63,507 bases of DNA, filler included, from Octopus bimaculoides (GCF_001194135.2; 3 parts of 3 records of this genome joined end to end with filler, not necessarily neighbours in it), one strand, 5' to 3'; positions 24,180 to 36,578 are shown, numbered from the whole stretch's first letter. Program-made: numbers and translations. Notes: generated by a model not told the origin, from the sequence alone.

Positions 24180-24420
24180 CTCTTCTGTAAACTCCAGCAC
24201 TCTATAACTACCGCTCAGTAAGTATTTTTTTCTAGGCACCTTTTTGAATTCCTTATGTCTAACACTCATGGACATGCTTACAAAATCAAGAAACAACACT
24301 GCACCTATGACTTCCAGAAACATTTTTTCACAGACCTTTGGCAATATACCATGCTTGGGAAGACCTGCTAAGCCAAGTGACATCGTAGTTGTGGTCGATG
24401 CCAATGTTTTGTAACTGGTA
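24180..24420 (+). mobile_element. CR1/L2/Jockey-type LINE 3' ORF fragment
   Basis: Reads SNTHGHAYKIKKQHCTYDFQKHFFT, similar to the TRGHxxKL...R..FFS.RV C-terminal motif; frameshifted downstream. Confidence 0.65.
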
Positions 24421-24434
24421 CCCATGCTGGCAGC

Positions 24435-24595
24435 AAGTAAAAAGCAGCTACTGCACTCTTGGAGTGGTTGGCATTAGGAAGGGCATCCGGCTGTAGAAAT
24501 CATGCGAAATCGGTTTGGAATCTGGTGCAGCCCCCCAGCTTACCAGTTTTCAGTCAAACTGTCCAACCTATGCCAGCATGGAAAACAGATGTTAA

Positions 24596-24628
<33 letters not shown>
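24435..24628 (+). mobile_element. RTE-type 3' tail fragment with (GAT)n end
   Basis: GTTGGCATTAGGAAGGGCATCC...TGTCCAACCTATGCCAGCATGGAAAACAGATGTTAAATGATGATG matches the reverse complement of the 8234-8400 tail. Confidence 0.85.
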
Positions 24629-24629
<1 letters not shown>

Positions 24630-25022
24630 GAATTGTCGAACCACGGAATAAACAAACTGCATCAGGTGTTAGCTGTTGAGACACTACATCCTTCAAAACT
24701 TCCATGCTGCCTGAAATTCACCAACAGTACACCTGATGCTCCCAACCTCCTGTTTCTTCTGCTTTTTTTAAAAGACTTTTACACTGTTCACACCCTGTGT
24801 GTATTCTATGTACTGTTCATGCAGTTTTGGTTACCTTTTCTGATGAGTTGTAGCACACCTGAGTACAGTATACATTAAGTTCATTATATTATAAAGATCA
24901 TAAGAGTTGAGCTACCTTTACCTTGAAATTAATAGCAATAATAATTGAAAAAACTCAACAGCAATAAAGTTGACATTGAAAAATTTGTTAGCGGTGACAA
25001 AAGAGAGATTAACATAATGTCA

Positions 25023-25285
25023 CACATGATCATGTGACTGACCAGGCTTACAGATGTTGTTACACATCGCTGGTCACAATGTGCTTTTGCATTGTTAAAC
25101 CTTCAAATGACACCAACCTGCTGGCTAGGTGAGTAGGTCAATGATTCTCCCTGATCGAAGGAAGACTGGAGCAATGTGAAATGAAGTGTTTTGCTCAAGA
25201 ACACAATGCACCACCCAGTCAGGGAATTGAACCCATGATATAGCGATTGTGAGTGCAACAGCCTAACCACTAGGCCACATACCTT
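25023..25285 (-). mobile_element. tRNA-headed SINE (family A head, different body)
   Basis: Minus strand ATGTGGCCTAGTGGTTAGG...GGGTTCAATTCCC...GTGTTCTTGAGCAAAACACTT. Confidence 0.75.
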
Positions 25286-25454
25286 TACATAATTAATGTA
25301 GTGAACAATAAAAGAATGACGTAAATATATTGTTTTTAAAATTTCATTTCACTTCATTTAAATACAAAGAAACTGGAAAATAGTGAGATAAGGAAAAAAA
25401 GACAAAAAGATAAGAAAGAAAAAGAAAAAATGAAAAAGTAGAAGATGGAGGAGG

Positions 25455-25600
25455 AGGGGTGACCCCATCCACTCCACTGCATTAGGCTCATTCTCTGAAG
25501 GGCCAGTGTTATTTTGTGGAAGAAATCGGTAGTATGAGACTTAAGAATACCTGATGTCTCAACAGCGACTGGCACAAACAAGAATTGTAGACCAATTAAA
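25455..25600 (-). mobile_element. Restriction-endonuclease-type (CRE-like) non-LTR retrotransposon C-terminal fragment
   Basis: Translates QFLFVPVAVETSG...TTDFFHKITLALQR, matching the FVPxAxETxG ... LFQRISxALQRGN pattern with an internal deletion. Confidence 0.6.
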
Positions 25601-27534
25601 GTGACACTTGTAATTAGTTCTAATATAGACAAATGATCAGAAATTGGTTGGAGGAGGGGTTATATGAGTAAATATATTTTATTATTTGATTGATACTTTA
25701 TTTGATCGACCCTGGTGGGGGACATAAAGCAAAGCTGACCTTTGGTTGGATTTGAACTCAGAATGTAAAGAGTTAGAAGAAATACCACAAAACATGGTGT
25801 CTGACACTCTAACAATTCTGCCAATCTACTGCCCTTAATTGTTTCTAGCATATGCACAAAGCATGAAATTTGGAGGGAGGAGAATAGTTGATTATATCAA
25901 CCTCAACAATTGACTGGCACTTTATGTTATTGACCCCCAAAAATGAAAGGCAAAGTTGATATTAGTGAGATCTGAACTCAAAACATTAAGAGCCAGAACT
26001 AATATCTTACAACATTTTTGTTTCAACATTCTAATAATTTCAACCTTCTAATAATACTGCCAATCCCTTACCTGAAATTACATGTGTAATTGTTTCCAAT
26101 TTAGGCAGAAGGTGAGGAATTTTGAAGAAGGAGTTAAGTTGATAACAATGGCACCAGTACTTGACTGGTACTTTTTTTTTATTAACCTTGAAAAGATAAA
26201 AGGCAATATTGACCTCAATAGGATTTGATCTTCCCAGTATGTAAAGCATTGAAGCAAAGTCCACAAGCCAATTTCCTGGTGAGAAGTATAGTTAAATAAC
26301 AAAATCTTATCATTTCGGAATTCAGCAGGGATGTTTAATGACAGTTGCTTCTGATAGGATCCTATGGAGAGGGTGTTTGAGAAGTCTACCCCAACGACCT
26401 TATCTGGAATAGTGGGTGGTGAAAATGGGTGGCTGGATGGAAGAAATAAAGTTATTGGCTGATGAGGGAGAAAGAACTGAACTTCTAGATAACCACACTA
26501 GAAGGACCACTGATCATATGTTTCATTTTTATCAAATGTCTTCACGTCAAAGGTTTCTATTCTGCAGCAAACATTACAGCAACAATAACAACAACACTGT
26601 TACCATTACAACAATAACAGCAATGCAGCTGCAACAAAAAAGCAACAACTACAATGATAAATTCATTATTCTAATGTTGAGTCTGTCAGTAACATTTACT
26701 AAAACAGAATTTTACGTGACTATCATCACAACAGTGGAAATATTAGCAGTTGTAACATACTACCAGCATAGACTACAAACACAATAGCAAGCTGATTGCT
26801 TATCAATAACAGAAGACACATATATAAATAATGAATAAGGAAGGGTTGAGATGTTGAAATTAGATAATGCTACAGTAAACTTCTCAAATAACGGCAGGCA
26901 ACCCTGGGGATTTAAGATGCTGTTATTGTGAGAATTTTCCATTGCCTAGGATGTTATTTATTTTTTTTTTAAATGCATTTATTATGTAAATAAAAGAGAT
27001 TCAGTAAATAACAAACTAGATGTATATAAAGTATAAAGATTTCTACTATATTAGCTGCTAAATGTACAACAAATAATTTTGGGAAGAAAACGCAACAATA
27101 TGTTTTGAAATGAAAAGCGAAGAAACTAAAGAACAACAAAAAAGCAAAACTGACAAAAAACAAAACAAAACAAAGAAACAAACCAAAAATCAAAACAAGA
27201 AGCAAAAACAATAAAAGCATTTTTGAAACTGCAGAAGTGGATGAAAGCAAACCAGCATGTTACTGGCAGTTTTCTTTAGAGTATGACAACTTTCAAAAAT
27301 GCCGTTAGCTTGGGTATTTTCTGTTATTCTGGATGGTGTTATTTTGGGAGTTTATTGTACTGTGATTAGTTTGTTGTAGTTTAGTGGAACAGAGTTATTG
27401 TTAATATATTTTATACACCTCTGCCTATGCATTTGGGAACCATTCATGTAAACAATAAGCTACATCAAATGTAAATGTAAAAAAATCTGAGATATATATA
27501 TGTATATATATATGTATGTATGTATGTATATATG

Positions 27535-27565
<31 letters not shown>

Positions 27566-28074
27566 GTATACATACATACACGCAAATGTGCATGCAGACA
27601 CACTCACATGTGTATGTATATCTATTCTCCTGGGGCTAACAAGTTCAAAGAAGCTATATCTAGCTACATAAAATAAAGAACTCAAAGATAAATCTGGGAG
27701 TAAATAACTATGTAATCCATAATAATTAATTTCACAAAATGTATTTTATGAAACTAATGATAATGGATTAAATGTTTTCATATATAGTATAGTAAATATA
27801 TACATATACATACATATATATATATATANNNNNNNNNNNNNNNNNNNNNNNNNNNNNNNNNNNNNNNNNNNNNNNNNNNNNNNNNNNNNNNNNNNNNNNN
27901 NNNNNNNNNNNNNNNNNNNNNNNNNNNNNNNNNNNNNNNNNNNNNNNNNNNNNNNNNNNNNNNNNNNNNNNNNNNNNNNNNNNNNNNNNNNNNNNNNNNN
28001 NNNNNNNNTAAATATATATGCAAGTGAGTGGACAAATGAAAGAGTGGCACTCTACATATTTGGTTGGAGTTACA

Positions 28075-28505
28075 TACATCATCATCATCATCTTTATCGT
28101 TTAATGTTTGTTTTCCATACTGGCATGGGTTGGATGGTTTGACCAGAGCTGGCAAGCCAGAGAGCTACACCAGGCTCCAGTCAGATATAGCATAGTTTCT
28201 ACAGCTGGATGCCCTTCCTAATGCCAACCACATTATAATGTGTGCTGGGTGCTTTTAATGTGACACCACATAAGCGCTCTTAAATGGTACTGGCATGAAT
28301 GCTTTTCTCTTGACACTGGTACAGGACTCTTGCAGACCAATCCCTTTCACCGGGGAGAGTTGCCTTAATACTTCTGCCCTGGAGTATAGGCCTTATTGTA
28401 TACAGCAAGTTGCCAGGTATTTCAGTCCTTTGTCATCTTGTCTGAAAGGTTCAACATCTTGAAGTCATCCTTCAGTAATTCCTCCCATGTCTTCCTGGGT
28501 CTCAT
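28075..28505 (-). mobile_element. RTE-type 3' fragment (tail and RT C-terminus)
   Basis: (CAT)n plus tail at 28075-28260; the minus frame at 28380-28505 reads RPRKTWEELLKDDFKMLNLSDKMTKD*NTWQLAV. Confidence 0.8.
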
Positions 28506-28549
28506 TTGACTTGGTTTCTTACAACTTAAAGTACTCAGCTTCATACATC

Positions 28550-28655
28550 TTAAAGTTTCATAGACTTGTAGGGTGAACCTGACTCATCAGGCATCTAGAG
28601 AAGGACTTTCTCTAGATGCCTGATGGATTCATTATATGAGCCTACAAAACTTTAA
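28550..28655. repeat. Imperfect palindrome with a perfect 18-bp inner stem
   Basis: CATCAGGCATCTAGAGAA (28585-28602) / TTCTCTAGATGCCTGATG (28608-28625); outer TTAAAGTTT/AAACTTTAA and TTGTAGG/CCTACAA also pair. Confidence 0.9.
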
Positions 28656-28832
28656 CTTGCATGGAATTGAGTCAACTTATTTAATAATATAAATATATAT
28701 CTATATTTAGTATAGTAAGTATAAATGTCACTAGTCTGGCAGAAAGGTCAGCAAAGTTTATATGTGTTTCCAGTCTTTCTCCATCAGGATAAAAATAAAA
28801 GAAGGCTGTGTCATTGAAAAATTTGTTTCACA

Positions 28833-28889
<57 letters not shown>

Positions 28890-28891
28890 CG

Positions 28892-28943
<52 letters not shown>

Positions 28944-29205
28944 TAAAAAGTCAACTGGTGTGAGAGGTGAATATATTTATTTTAACACTTGCCTTCATCA
29001 TTTGCTAGTAATTTCAGTGTATAATAAATTAATTCACATGTGTGCACCAATAAGCATGCTACACACTGCACAATACAATTGTACAATTACAAATCAACGT
29101 GGATATAGAAGGCTAGCTCTTCAGATCACCAGAACATCATGGGAACACTAATGCTTCAACTCTGTAACCACACACACACATACATACGTATGCTTGTACA
29201 CACAC

Positions 29206-29280
<75 letters not shown>

Positions 29281-29282
29281 AG

Positions 29283-29445
29283 CAAATATGACGGATTTCC
29301 TTTGGTTGCCCTCTACCAAATCCACAAACAAAGCTTTGGTCAGCCTAGGGCTATGGTAGAAAACATTTGCCCAAGCTGTCATCCAGTAGTACAGAACCAA
29401 TAACCATGAAGCTGCAAAGCAAATTTCTTATCACATAATTCTGCA
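29283..29445 (-). mobile_element. SINE family C head/core fragment next to a (TA)n array
   Basis: Matches 3380-3540, diverged. Confidence 0.7.
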
Positions 29446-30076
29446 TGCATGTGTGCATGCATACAAGTGTCTGTAAGAATGTCTAAATTCTGTGAGTGTA
29501 TGAGCTTTGATTTTCACTTTCCATTGTCATTTCCCTGTTGGTAAATCATCTGGTAATGTTGTGTGTTTGTACATATGTAGAATGAAAATTTCTCTAGCTT
29601 GAAAAACAAATGAGGGTTAGAGGCAAAAAAAAGCATCCAGGTCTTTGACTATATGTATTTCGTCTGATCGATGCTAGCATGGAAAAACAAACAAAATAAA
29701 CAAGATACCTTTAAGCCTTAGATAATGCTCTGCTTTCAATATAAATATTCTGAACAAACAATAAATCCTATTTAACTCATTTTCTCCCTTGGTTTGCATA
29801 AGATATTCAGCATTCAATGCACAAGTCTCACTACCATACAAAATGATTCTCTTTAAACTTTAAAAGCTGAATGGATGGATTATGTCCTTTTAACATTTAC
29901 CATTTCACTAATCCTGCTTAGGCCAACTTTGCAATTTATCCTTTGAGGGTCAGTTAAAAAGTACTAATCCAATGTCTGGTGGTATTTGTTCTAGTTCTTT
30001 GCATTCTGAATTCAAATCTTGCCATGACTTGCTTAAGTAGTAAACTTAATCTGTCCTCTGGTTTAAAACCACTAAC

Positions 30077-30220
30077 TAGCATCTTGGATACTTTTAGTGG
30101 AGACCACTTCACTGCTGGATTTTGGGATATGTCTCTGGTTTGAGGATATCTTCTCTCTGGTTCTTTTTCGCTGCTCTTCAAGGCTCTGTAAAGAGTCATG
30201 CAGGCTACCTTCTTTCCTGA
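30077..30220 (-). CDS. Candidate 144-nt symmetric internal exon of an unidentified gene
   Basis: A polypyrimidine tract of over 30 nt ends in TAG at 30221-30223; donor CTA|GTTAGT. Length is a multiple of 3. Open in phase 1 (RKEGSLHDSLQSLEEQRKRTREKISSNQRHIPKSSSEVVSTKSIQDA) and in phase 0; no family recognised. Confidence 0.5.
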
Positions 30221-31124
30221 CTAGAAGATAAAAGAGAGAGAAAGAGATACAAAAAGATAACCTATGATTAAGACAATATTGATATCTCATTGTTTTGTCT
30301 CTTAATCTAAAGCATTGACTGGCCACTTGCACAATTTAATTTGCTTTTTTTTTTATATATTATCCCTTTAAAAGTTTGATTTCTCAAGGTATTTTATATA
30401 ATAATTGCTAATAGTTAATTTAATCTTCTGTTAATGTTTAAATGACTATGACTGGAGGACAGTGTAAAAAAAAAACTCAACGAATCTTTTGAAAGCGAAA
30501 CTGTAGGAAGACATTTCTAAAGAAAATATAAAACAAAAGATACACTCCCGAGACTCATAAAACAAAATAAAATATAATTACTCCATAAGATAAGTCATCA
30601 GAACAATTATAACAGAAGACAGGAAACATAAAATAATAAAACTGAGCACAAAATATTATATCATAACATTGTTCAACTACAACTTTTCTGAATAAACAGT
30701 AAAACTTTGTTGAACTAACTTTTAGTACATTAATTGTAAAAATATCTATTTTTGTGTAACTTAGTTTAAGAGTGAAAAATAACCAGAAATAATTTGATAT
30801 TTTAGTCTATTTTATGCTGGTGTTCTTTAAATTGGGAGGAAAATGAACTAGTATCAATGAGAATACCTCTGTGGAACCTGTTGTAGAATTTTGATCAGAA
30901 ACTATTCTGGAACATGAAAAATATCTGAAACACACTTCTGCAGATCTTCTGATGAAAATTGTATTACATATTAAGAGAGCTTGCAGCAATGTATGGGAAT
31001 GCATTGATGAGTATGTATTTTAAAAATTTATTTGTCTAAGGAAGAAGAAATTCATAGCATTGTCAGGTTCTCTTACACCAAAGTAAAATGTGCAAAAACA
31101 TGTATGGTATTCAGTGTGTGTGTA

Positions 31125-31430
31125 TAATCATCATCATCATTATTATCATCATTTAACATCTGTTTTCCATGCTGGCATGGGTTGGACAATTTAACAAGAG
31201 CTGGCCAGCTGAAGAGCTGCCCGGGCTCCATATCTGTTTTGGCATGGTTTCTATGACTGGATGTCCTTCCTGATGCCAAACTGCTTTACTTATATATATT
31301 ACATTACTTTGAAGCAGGTGGAGGTTGGTGACAGGAAAGACAACTGGATGTCAAAAATTTGCCTCAGCAAAGTCTGTCCAACCCATGCAAGCATGGAAAA
31401 GTGCACATTAAAACAATGATGATGAGGAGG
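31125..31430. mobile_element. Two RTE-type tail fragments in opposite orientation
   Basis: 31125-31285 minus and 31310-31430 plus, each with a (CAT)/(GAT)n end. Confidence 0.75.
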
Positions 31431-31469
31431 AGGATATATATACACACATACATACAAACATATATATAT

Positions 31470-31795
31470 ATCATCATCATCATCATCATCGTTTAACGTC
31501 TGCTTTCCATGCTAGCATGGGTTGGACGATTTGACTGAGGACTGGTGCAACCGGATGGCTACACCAGGCTCCAATCTAAGTTGGCAGAGTTTCTACAGCT
31601 GGATGCCCTTCCTAACACCAACCACTCAGAGAGTGTAGTGGGTGCTTTTACGTGTCACCCGCACGAAAACGGCCACGCTCGAAATGGTGTCTTTTATGTG
31701 CCACCCGCACAAGAGCCAGTCCAGGGGCACTGGCAACGATCTCGCTCGAAAACCCTACAAGGCCAGTCAGGTGGTACTGGCAATGGTCACGCTCA
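31470..31795 (-). mobile_element. Young RTE-type 3' UTR copy (CpG-intact) running into the gap
   Basis: High similarity to 8234-8560, including the ~65-bp subrepeats; CpGs retained. Confidence 0.85.
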
Positions 31796-31895
31796 NNNNN
31801 NNNNNNNNNNNNNNNNNNNNNNNNNNNNNNNNNNNNNNNTTAATTAATTAANNNNNNNNNNNNNNNNNNNNNNNNNNNNNNNNNNNNNNNNNNNN
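31796..31895. other. Artificial scaffold spacer N44-TTAATTAATTAA-N44
   Basis: Exactly 100 bp; the palindromic 12-mer gives TAA in all six frames; identical construct at 54266-54365. Confidence 0.95.
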
Positions 31896-32112
31896 AAAAA
31901 AAAAAAAAAAGATTGATCTGTAATAGACGTCTTTGTTAAAATATTCATTTTTATATGTTTTATCTTTTCAGTAATATTAAGTATTCTCTAAGGGCAAGTT
32001 CAGATTCCATATTTTCAGCATAAAATCGAAGACAAACTTTAAAAATATTCGAAGTTTTTGATTTTGCGATCGGACATCTTTCTATCTCACTGAAAATCCA
32101 TTTTCCCAAGTG

Positions 32113-32192
32113 TTCTTCTTCTTCTTCTTCTTCTTCTTCTTCTTCTTCTTCTTCTTCTTCTTCTTCTTCTTCTTCTTCTTCTTCTTCTTCTT

Positions 32193-32221
<29 letters not shown>
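32113..32221. repeat. (TTC)n microsatellite followed by a mixed trinucleotide mosaic
   Basis: About 36 uninterrupted TTC units. Confidence 0.95.
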
Positions 32222-32223
<2 letters not shown>

Positions 32224-32602
32224 TTTGCTCTCATTATTATTATTCGTATCATCATCATCATCATCACCATCATCATCGTCGTCGTCGTCGTCTTCGTTGT
32301 CGGCGTCGTCATCATCACTGTCACCGTCATCATTGCATTGTTGTTGCTATTCTTGTCCATGCTGTTCCTATTGTTGCTAGTGTAGGTCATTTCCCGTTCT
32401 TTTCATTTCAGTTGCGGAATCAAAATGTCGGTGGGATAATTGGTTTGCATTTCTTTTAATCGAGTTGCATAACAGAATCAAGCATTTTGGGACAAAGATG
32501 CTGAAAAACCATGCCATAGCCATCTTCCAAATCATGAGCAGGCATGGATTAGATAAAGTAGTTGAAGATTCTCATTCCTGTGGTATTTTTCTATGCTGTT
32601 AC

Positions 32603-32657
<55 letters not shown>

Positions 32658-32786
32658 GTTAACAACAAACAAGATGAGGACAAATATCCGTCAAATGTAA
32701 ATAATGTAAATAATGTACATAATTCCTCATCTCCTAAATATAGAACTGTATTAAAATATCTAACTTAATATCAATCGAGCAAATAG

Positions 32787-33010
32787 GGCGTTGAGCTGGC
32801 AGAATCGTTAGCACGCCGGGTGAAATGCTTCGCCGTATTTTGTCTGCCGTTACGTTCTGAGTTCAAATTCCACCGAGGTCGACTTTACCTTTTATCCTTT
32901 CGAGGTCGATTAAATAAGTACTAGTTACGAACTGGGAGTCGATGTAATCGACTAATTCCTTTGTTTTTTCCCTTTATGCTTAGCCCCCTGTGGGCAATAA
33001 AAACTAAATA
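32787..33010 (+). mobile_element. SINE family B, near-complete, CpG-intact
   Basis: GGCGTTGAGCTGGCAGAATCGTTAGCACGCCGGG head and GAGTTCAAATTCC B-box; body shared with 56372, 58312 and 63171. Confidence 0.9.
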
Positions 33011-34239
33011 TCAATCCAGCAAACCGAAAATTTAACAGGGTTTGAAAAAAATGGTCAAAGGGTTCAATCCACCCTTCATCGTAAGGCAATGTTAAGTACG
33101 ACGAAGCTCTTTGTATTTCCAATCACTGAAATGTTTCTCCTTGCAGTCATAGCCACTATAAACTCACATCAAGGAACGAAACAAAATTTAACTGCAACGG
33201 GGCTTCAAATCGAAAGCTATTCAGTGACATGTTTTTACTAAAGCTTTTCATAACGAAAGATTGTGGCATGTTTTTATTAGAACTTTTCATAACGAAAGAT
33301 CTAGCAATCAACATTTAACAAAATAAAGTGTAATAAATCATTAGACGTATCCAGTTAGAAGCTATTAATTATTTAATTAATAAAAATACTTGATTTCTAC
33401 ATATAAAGTATGATTATATTAGACTAAATTAAAAGCTAGTTGCTTGGATGGCCGTGCAGCTGGGTCGAAACCGCAACGTTCTAATGTAAAGAGAATTCCC
33501 TACTTTAAACGTGGCCATGCCTGCGCCCACATGATTCTGTGTTTGTTGATAATAACGATTATTTTAGGGGAAATATTTTTAGCTAGATAGTGATAGTGTT
33601 TCAGAAAAAATGTCGATAAAATGGGTGATTGATGATGAAATCAGTCGAAATCATGGAAAGATTAATAAAGACAATTTAACGGGCGGACATATTTAATGGC
33701 GTGTAGTTATTTATTATGGTTTTTGTCTGGGCTGATAATTAGTGAAATTAAGGTCTCCAGTGAAGTATAAATATTTGATTTGGGGCGGGAAGAGTGCAGG
33801 TTGTAAATATGAGTGGGGGGAAAATAAAAATAAATCATTGTTTGTAAAACATATCAAGAGGAGTTCCGTTTTAAAACGAAAGAGGATGTTATTGTCCTTG
33901 TTGTTGTCGTTGATAATGATGATGATGATGACGATATGTTGTTTTTGGTTTTATTACTTTTGTTGTTGCTGTTATTGTTATCGGTGATGGTGCTGGGGCA
34001 GTGGTGGTGATGGTGCTGATAGCGATGGTGATGAAAATGCAGAGGAGGCGGATGGTCATGACGATAATGATGATAATGAAGTGGTTGTAGTGGAGGAGAT
34101 GGTGAGATTTGAACACAAATCTCTAAATACTCAGTTTTACTACCGGGCTCATTCACACAATGGAGTGAAACTCGCATAAAAAAAAACAATCTGTGTATCT
34201 ATATATATACATATGCATATACATACACACACGCACACT

Positions 34240-34278
<39 letters not shown>

Positions 34279-34869
34279 TTGTGTGTGTATGTATTTATTC
34301 TTATAGATATGTACATGTACATACATATATATGTGTATCTATATAGATATATTTATATTATATATAATATAATATAATATAATATAATATAATATTATAT
34401 ANNNNNNNNNNNNNNNNNNNNNNNNNNNNNNNNNNNNNNNNNNNNNNNNNNNNNNNNNNNNNNNNNTATATATATATATATATATGTTGTTATATTCCGG
34501 GCTCTTCATTCCTTTTTTTTTATTTTCCAATAAAACACACGCACTCTATATTCATTTTTCACTCGTTTATTACTGTTCCTATTTTTCTTATGTCCATTAT
34601 CAACAAATTTTTCATCACTCATCTGTGACCTCTCCAATGAGAATTTCCGACCACAAGTATCTTCCTGCTCCGCTTAGTCCAGTCTGTTGACCGATGATGT
34701 ATATCCTTATCTGTTCATAAGTTATTATGGGTTTGAAAAAGGTAAAAATCTAATAACTTATGTACATCTAATTATTAAAGTGAAAATTATTATCGGAAAA
34801 GCCTTTTCTATTCACTATTTGAAATATATATATACATAAATGTTCTCTCTCTCTCTCTCACACACACAT

Positions 34870-34902
<33 letters not shown>

Positions 34903-36010
34903 ATTTATATTATATTATATATATATATACCTATATGCATGTATGTATGTGCTGTGTGCCTGTGTGTGTTTTATTAAAGTTATATAGTGTATTTATGTTA
35001 TAAAATTTTGTTTCTGACATACATATATACACCCTTAAGTACGCAGTGGATTAAATATCATATAATTGTTTCTCTCCACTTGTTAAGGAACCAGGCATTA
35101 TATGATTAATACATATTCCGTTTTATATACATCTTCTTTATGTATTTGTTCCTTGTAAATGAAATCGTTAAAGTTCCCTGAAAAAAATTCTATTCTTTTC
35201 AAATCACAACTGTATCATGGTCCAATGAAATTATGACATGTCACGTGATAACCAAAGATGATGATGGAGGAGGATGTTAAAGAATGAGACGTTCTCCCCA
35301 TTATACACAGGATGTCATTACATGTGTCAACGTATTTGCTTTATCTGATAGAGACTGCAACCAAATCTTCGTAGAATTACACCTAACCATATGTCAAAAG
35401 CTAAATTCATCAGGAGATATACACAATTTCCTCAAAAACCTTGGTTGGTTACGTTAAATAATGTATTTCTAAGTATTTGTAGAATATATTTTGGTGGTCA
35501 CGACTGGATTGTCTATAAATGCATGTATGATTAGTCTGGGTTGATGGAAACAAATATTGCCATGTTGAACCACTGAACTCAAAACGTTTTTATCATTTTC
35601 CTTATTTATTTCCCTCTTATTCCTTTCTGCCGAAGAGCGTAGGCTCGAAATTTAAAATACTTCTCCATTTTTTCCAGAGCGTCATTCTAATACACTATGA
35701 CGAAAACCACAAATTGGACGACAAACACAAAGACGATGAAGACGACCATGACGATGATAAGGAGGAAGAGGAGGAGTAAGCGGATGGCGATTATAACGAC
35801 TATGTCGACGATAATGGTGATGAAGTCGATGATAAGGAAGATAAAATATGATAAAGAAAATAATATCGTGTGTTGAGATAAAGTGACGACGACGTTGTGG
35901 TTGATTGAGGGTGATCATCTATCATTATCATCATCATCGTCATTACTATCATAATTAACCTCCTGAATCTGATCACACAATCATATTAATTACTAACACG
36001 ATGTTTACAG

Positions 36011-36052
36011 CGAGAAACCAAGAGAGCGAGGACGATTTAGACGTCGATTATT
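36011..36052 (+). CDS. Candidate 42-nt phase-1 symmetric exon
   Basis: Perfect branch-site TACTAAC at 35991-35997, acceptor TTTACAG and consensus donor GTAAGT; reads RNQESEDDLDVDY. Confidence 0.55.
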
Positions 36053-36457
36053 GTAAGTAAGTGCTTCCATAAAGTTTTATATTTAATTACAGTTACAGTT
36101 TCTAATCTGCATCTCGTTCCTCAGTAGGTCGTCTGAAGAGAGGCTGGGCTTAATTAACAGCTCATTAGGTTGTCTTCACTTAATGACGCTAAACAGTTCA
36201 TTATTAAACTTTAGAGTTCAGTACCAACATTTGCAGTGCAGTGAAATGGAAATTAAATCACGGCATGGCTTGAAAACCAGAATATATATATANNNNNNNN
36301 NNNNNNNNNNNNNNNNNNNNNNNNNNNNNNNNNNNNNNNNNNNNNNNNNNNNNNNNNNNNNNNNNNNNNNNNNNNNNNNNNNNNNNNNNNNNNNNNNNNN
36401 NNNNNNNNNNNNNNNNNNNNNNNNNNNNNNNNNNNNNNNNNNNNNNNNNNNNNNATA

Positions 36458-36495
<38 letters not shown>

Positions 36496-36541
36496 CGTGC
36501 GTATATATACCCACATATATAGATGTATGTATTTATGAACT

Positions 36542-36578
<37 letters not shown>

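Noticed and set aside
25532-25600. AG/GT-bounded minus-strand 'exon' ELITSVTLIGLQFLFVPVAVETS
   Set aside because: The peptide matches a retrotransposon REL-endonuclease motif, so it is annotated as a LINE relic; exonisation cannot be excluded.
26078-26500. ~140-codon stop-free minus frame (…PDKVVGVDFSNTLSIGSYQKQL…)
   Set aside because: No donor; the distal half is SINE-B; the plus strand reads GCLMTVASDRILWRG, like an RTE C-terminal remnant.
35700-35940. Acidic D/E-coding-like stretch upstream of the 36011 exon
   Set aside because: GAT/GAC/GAG repeat drift with in-frame stops; it lies upstream of the branch site.
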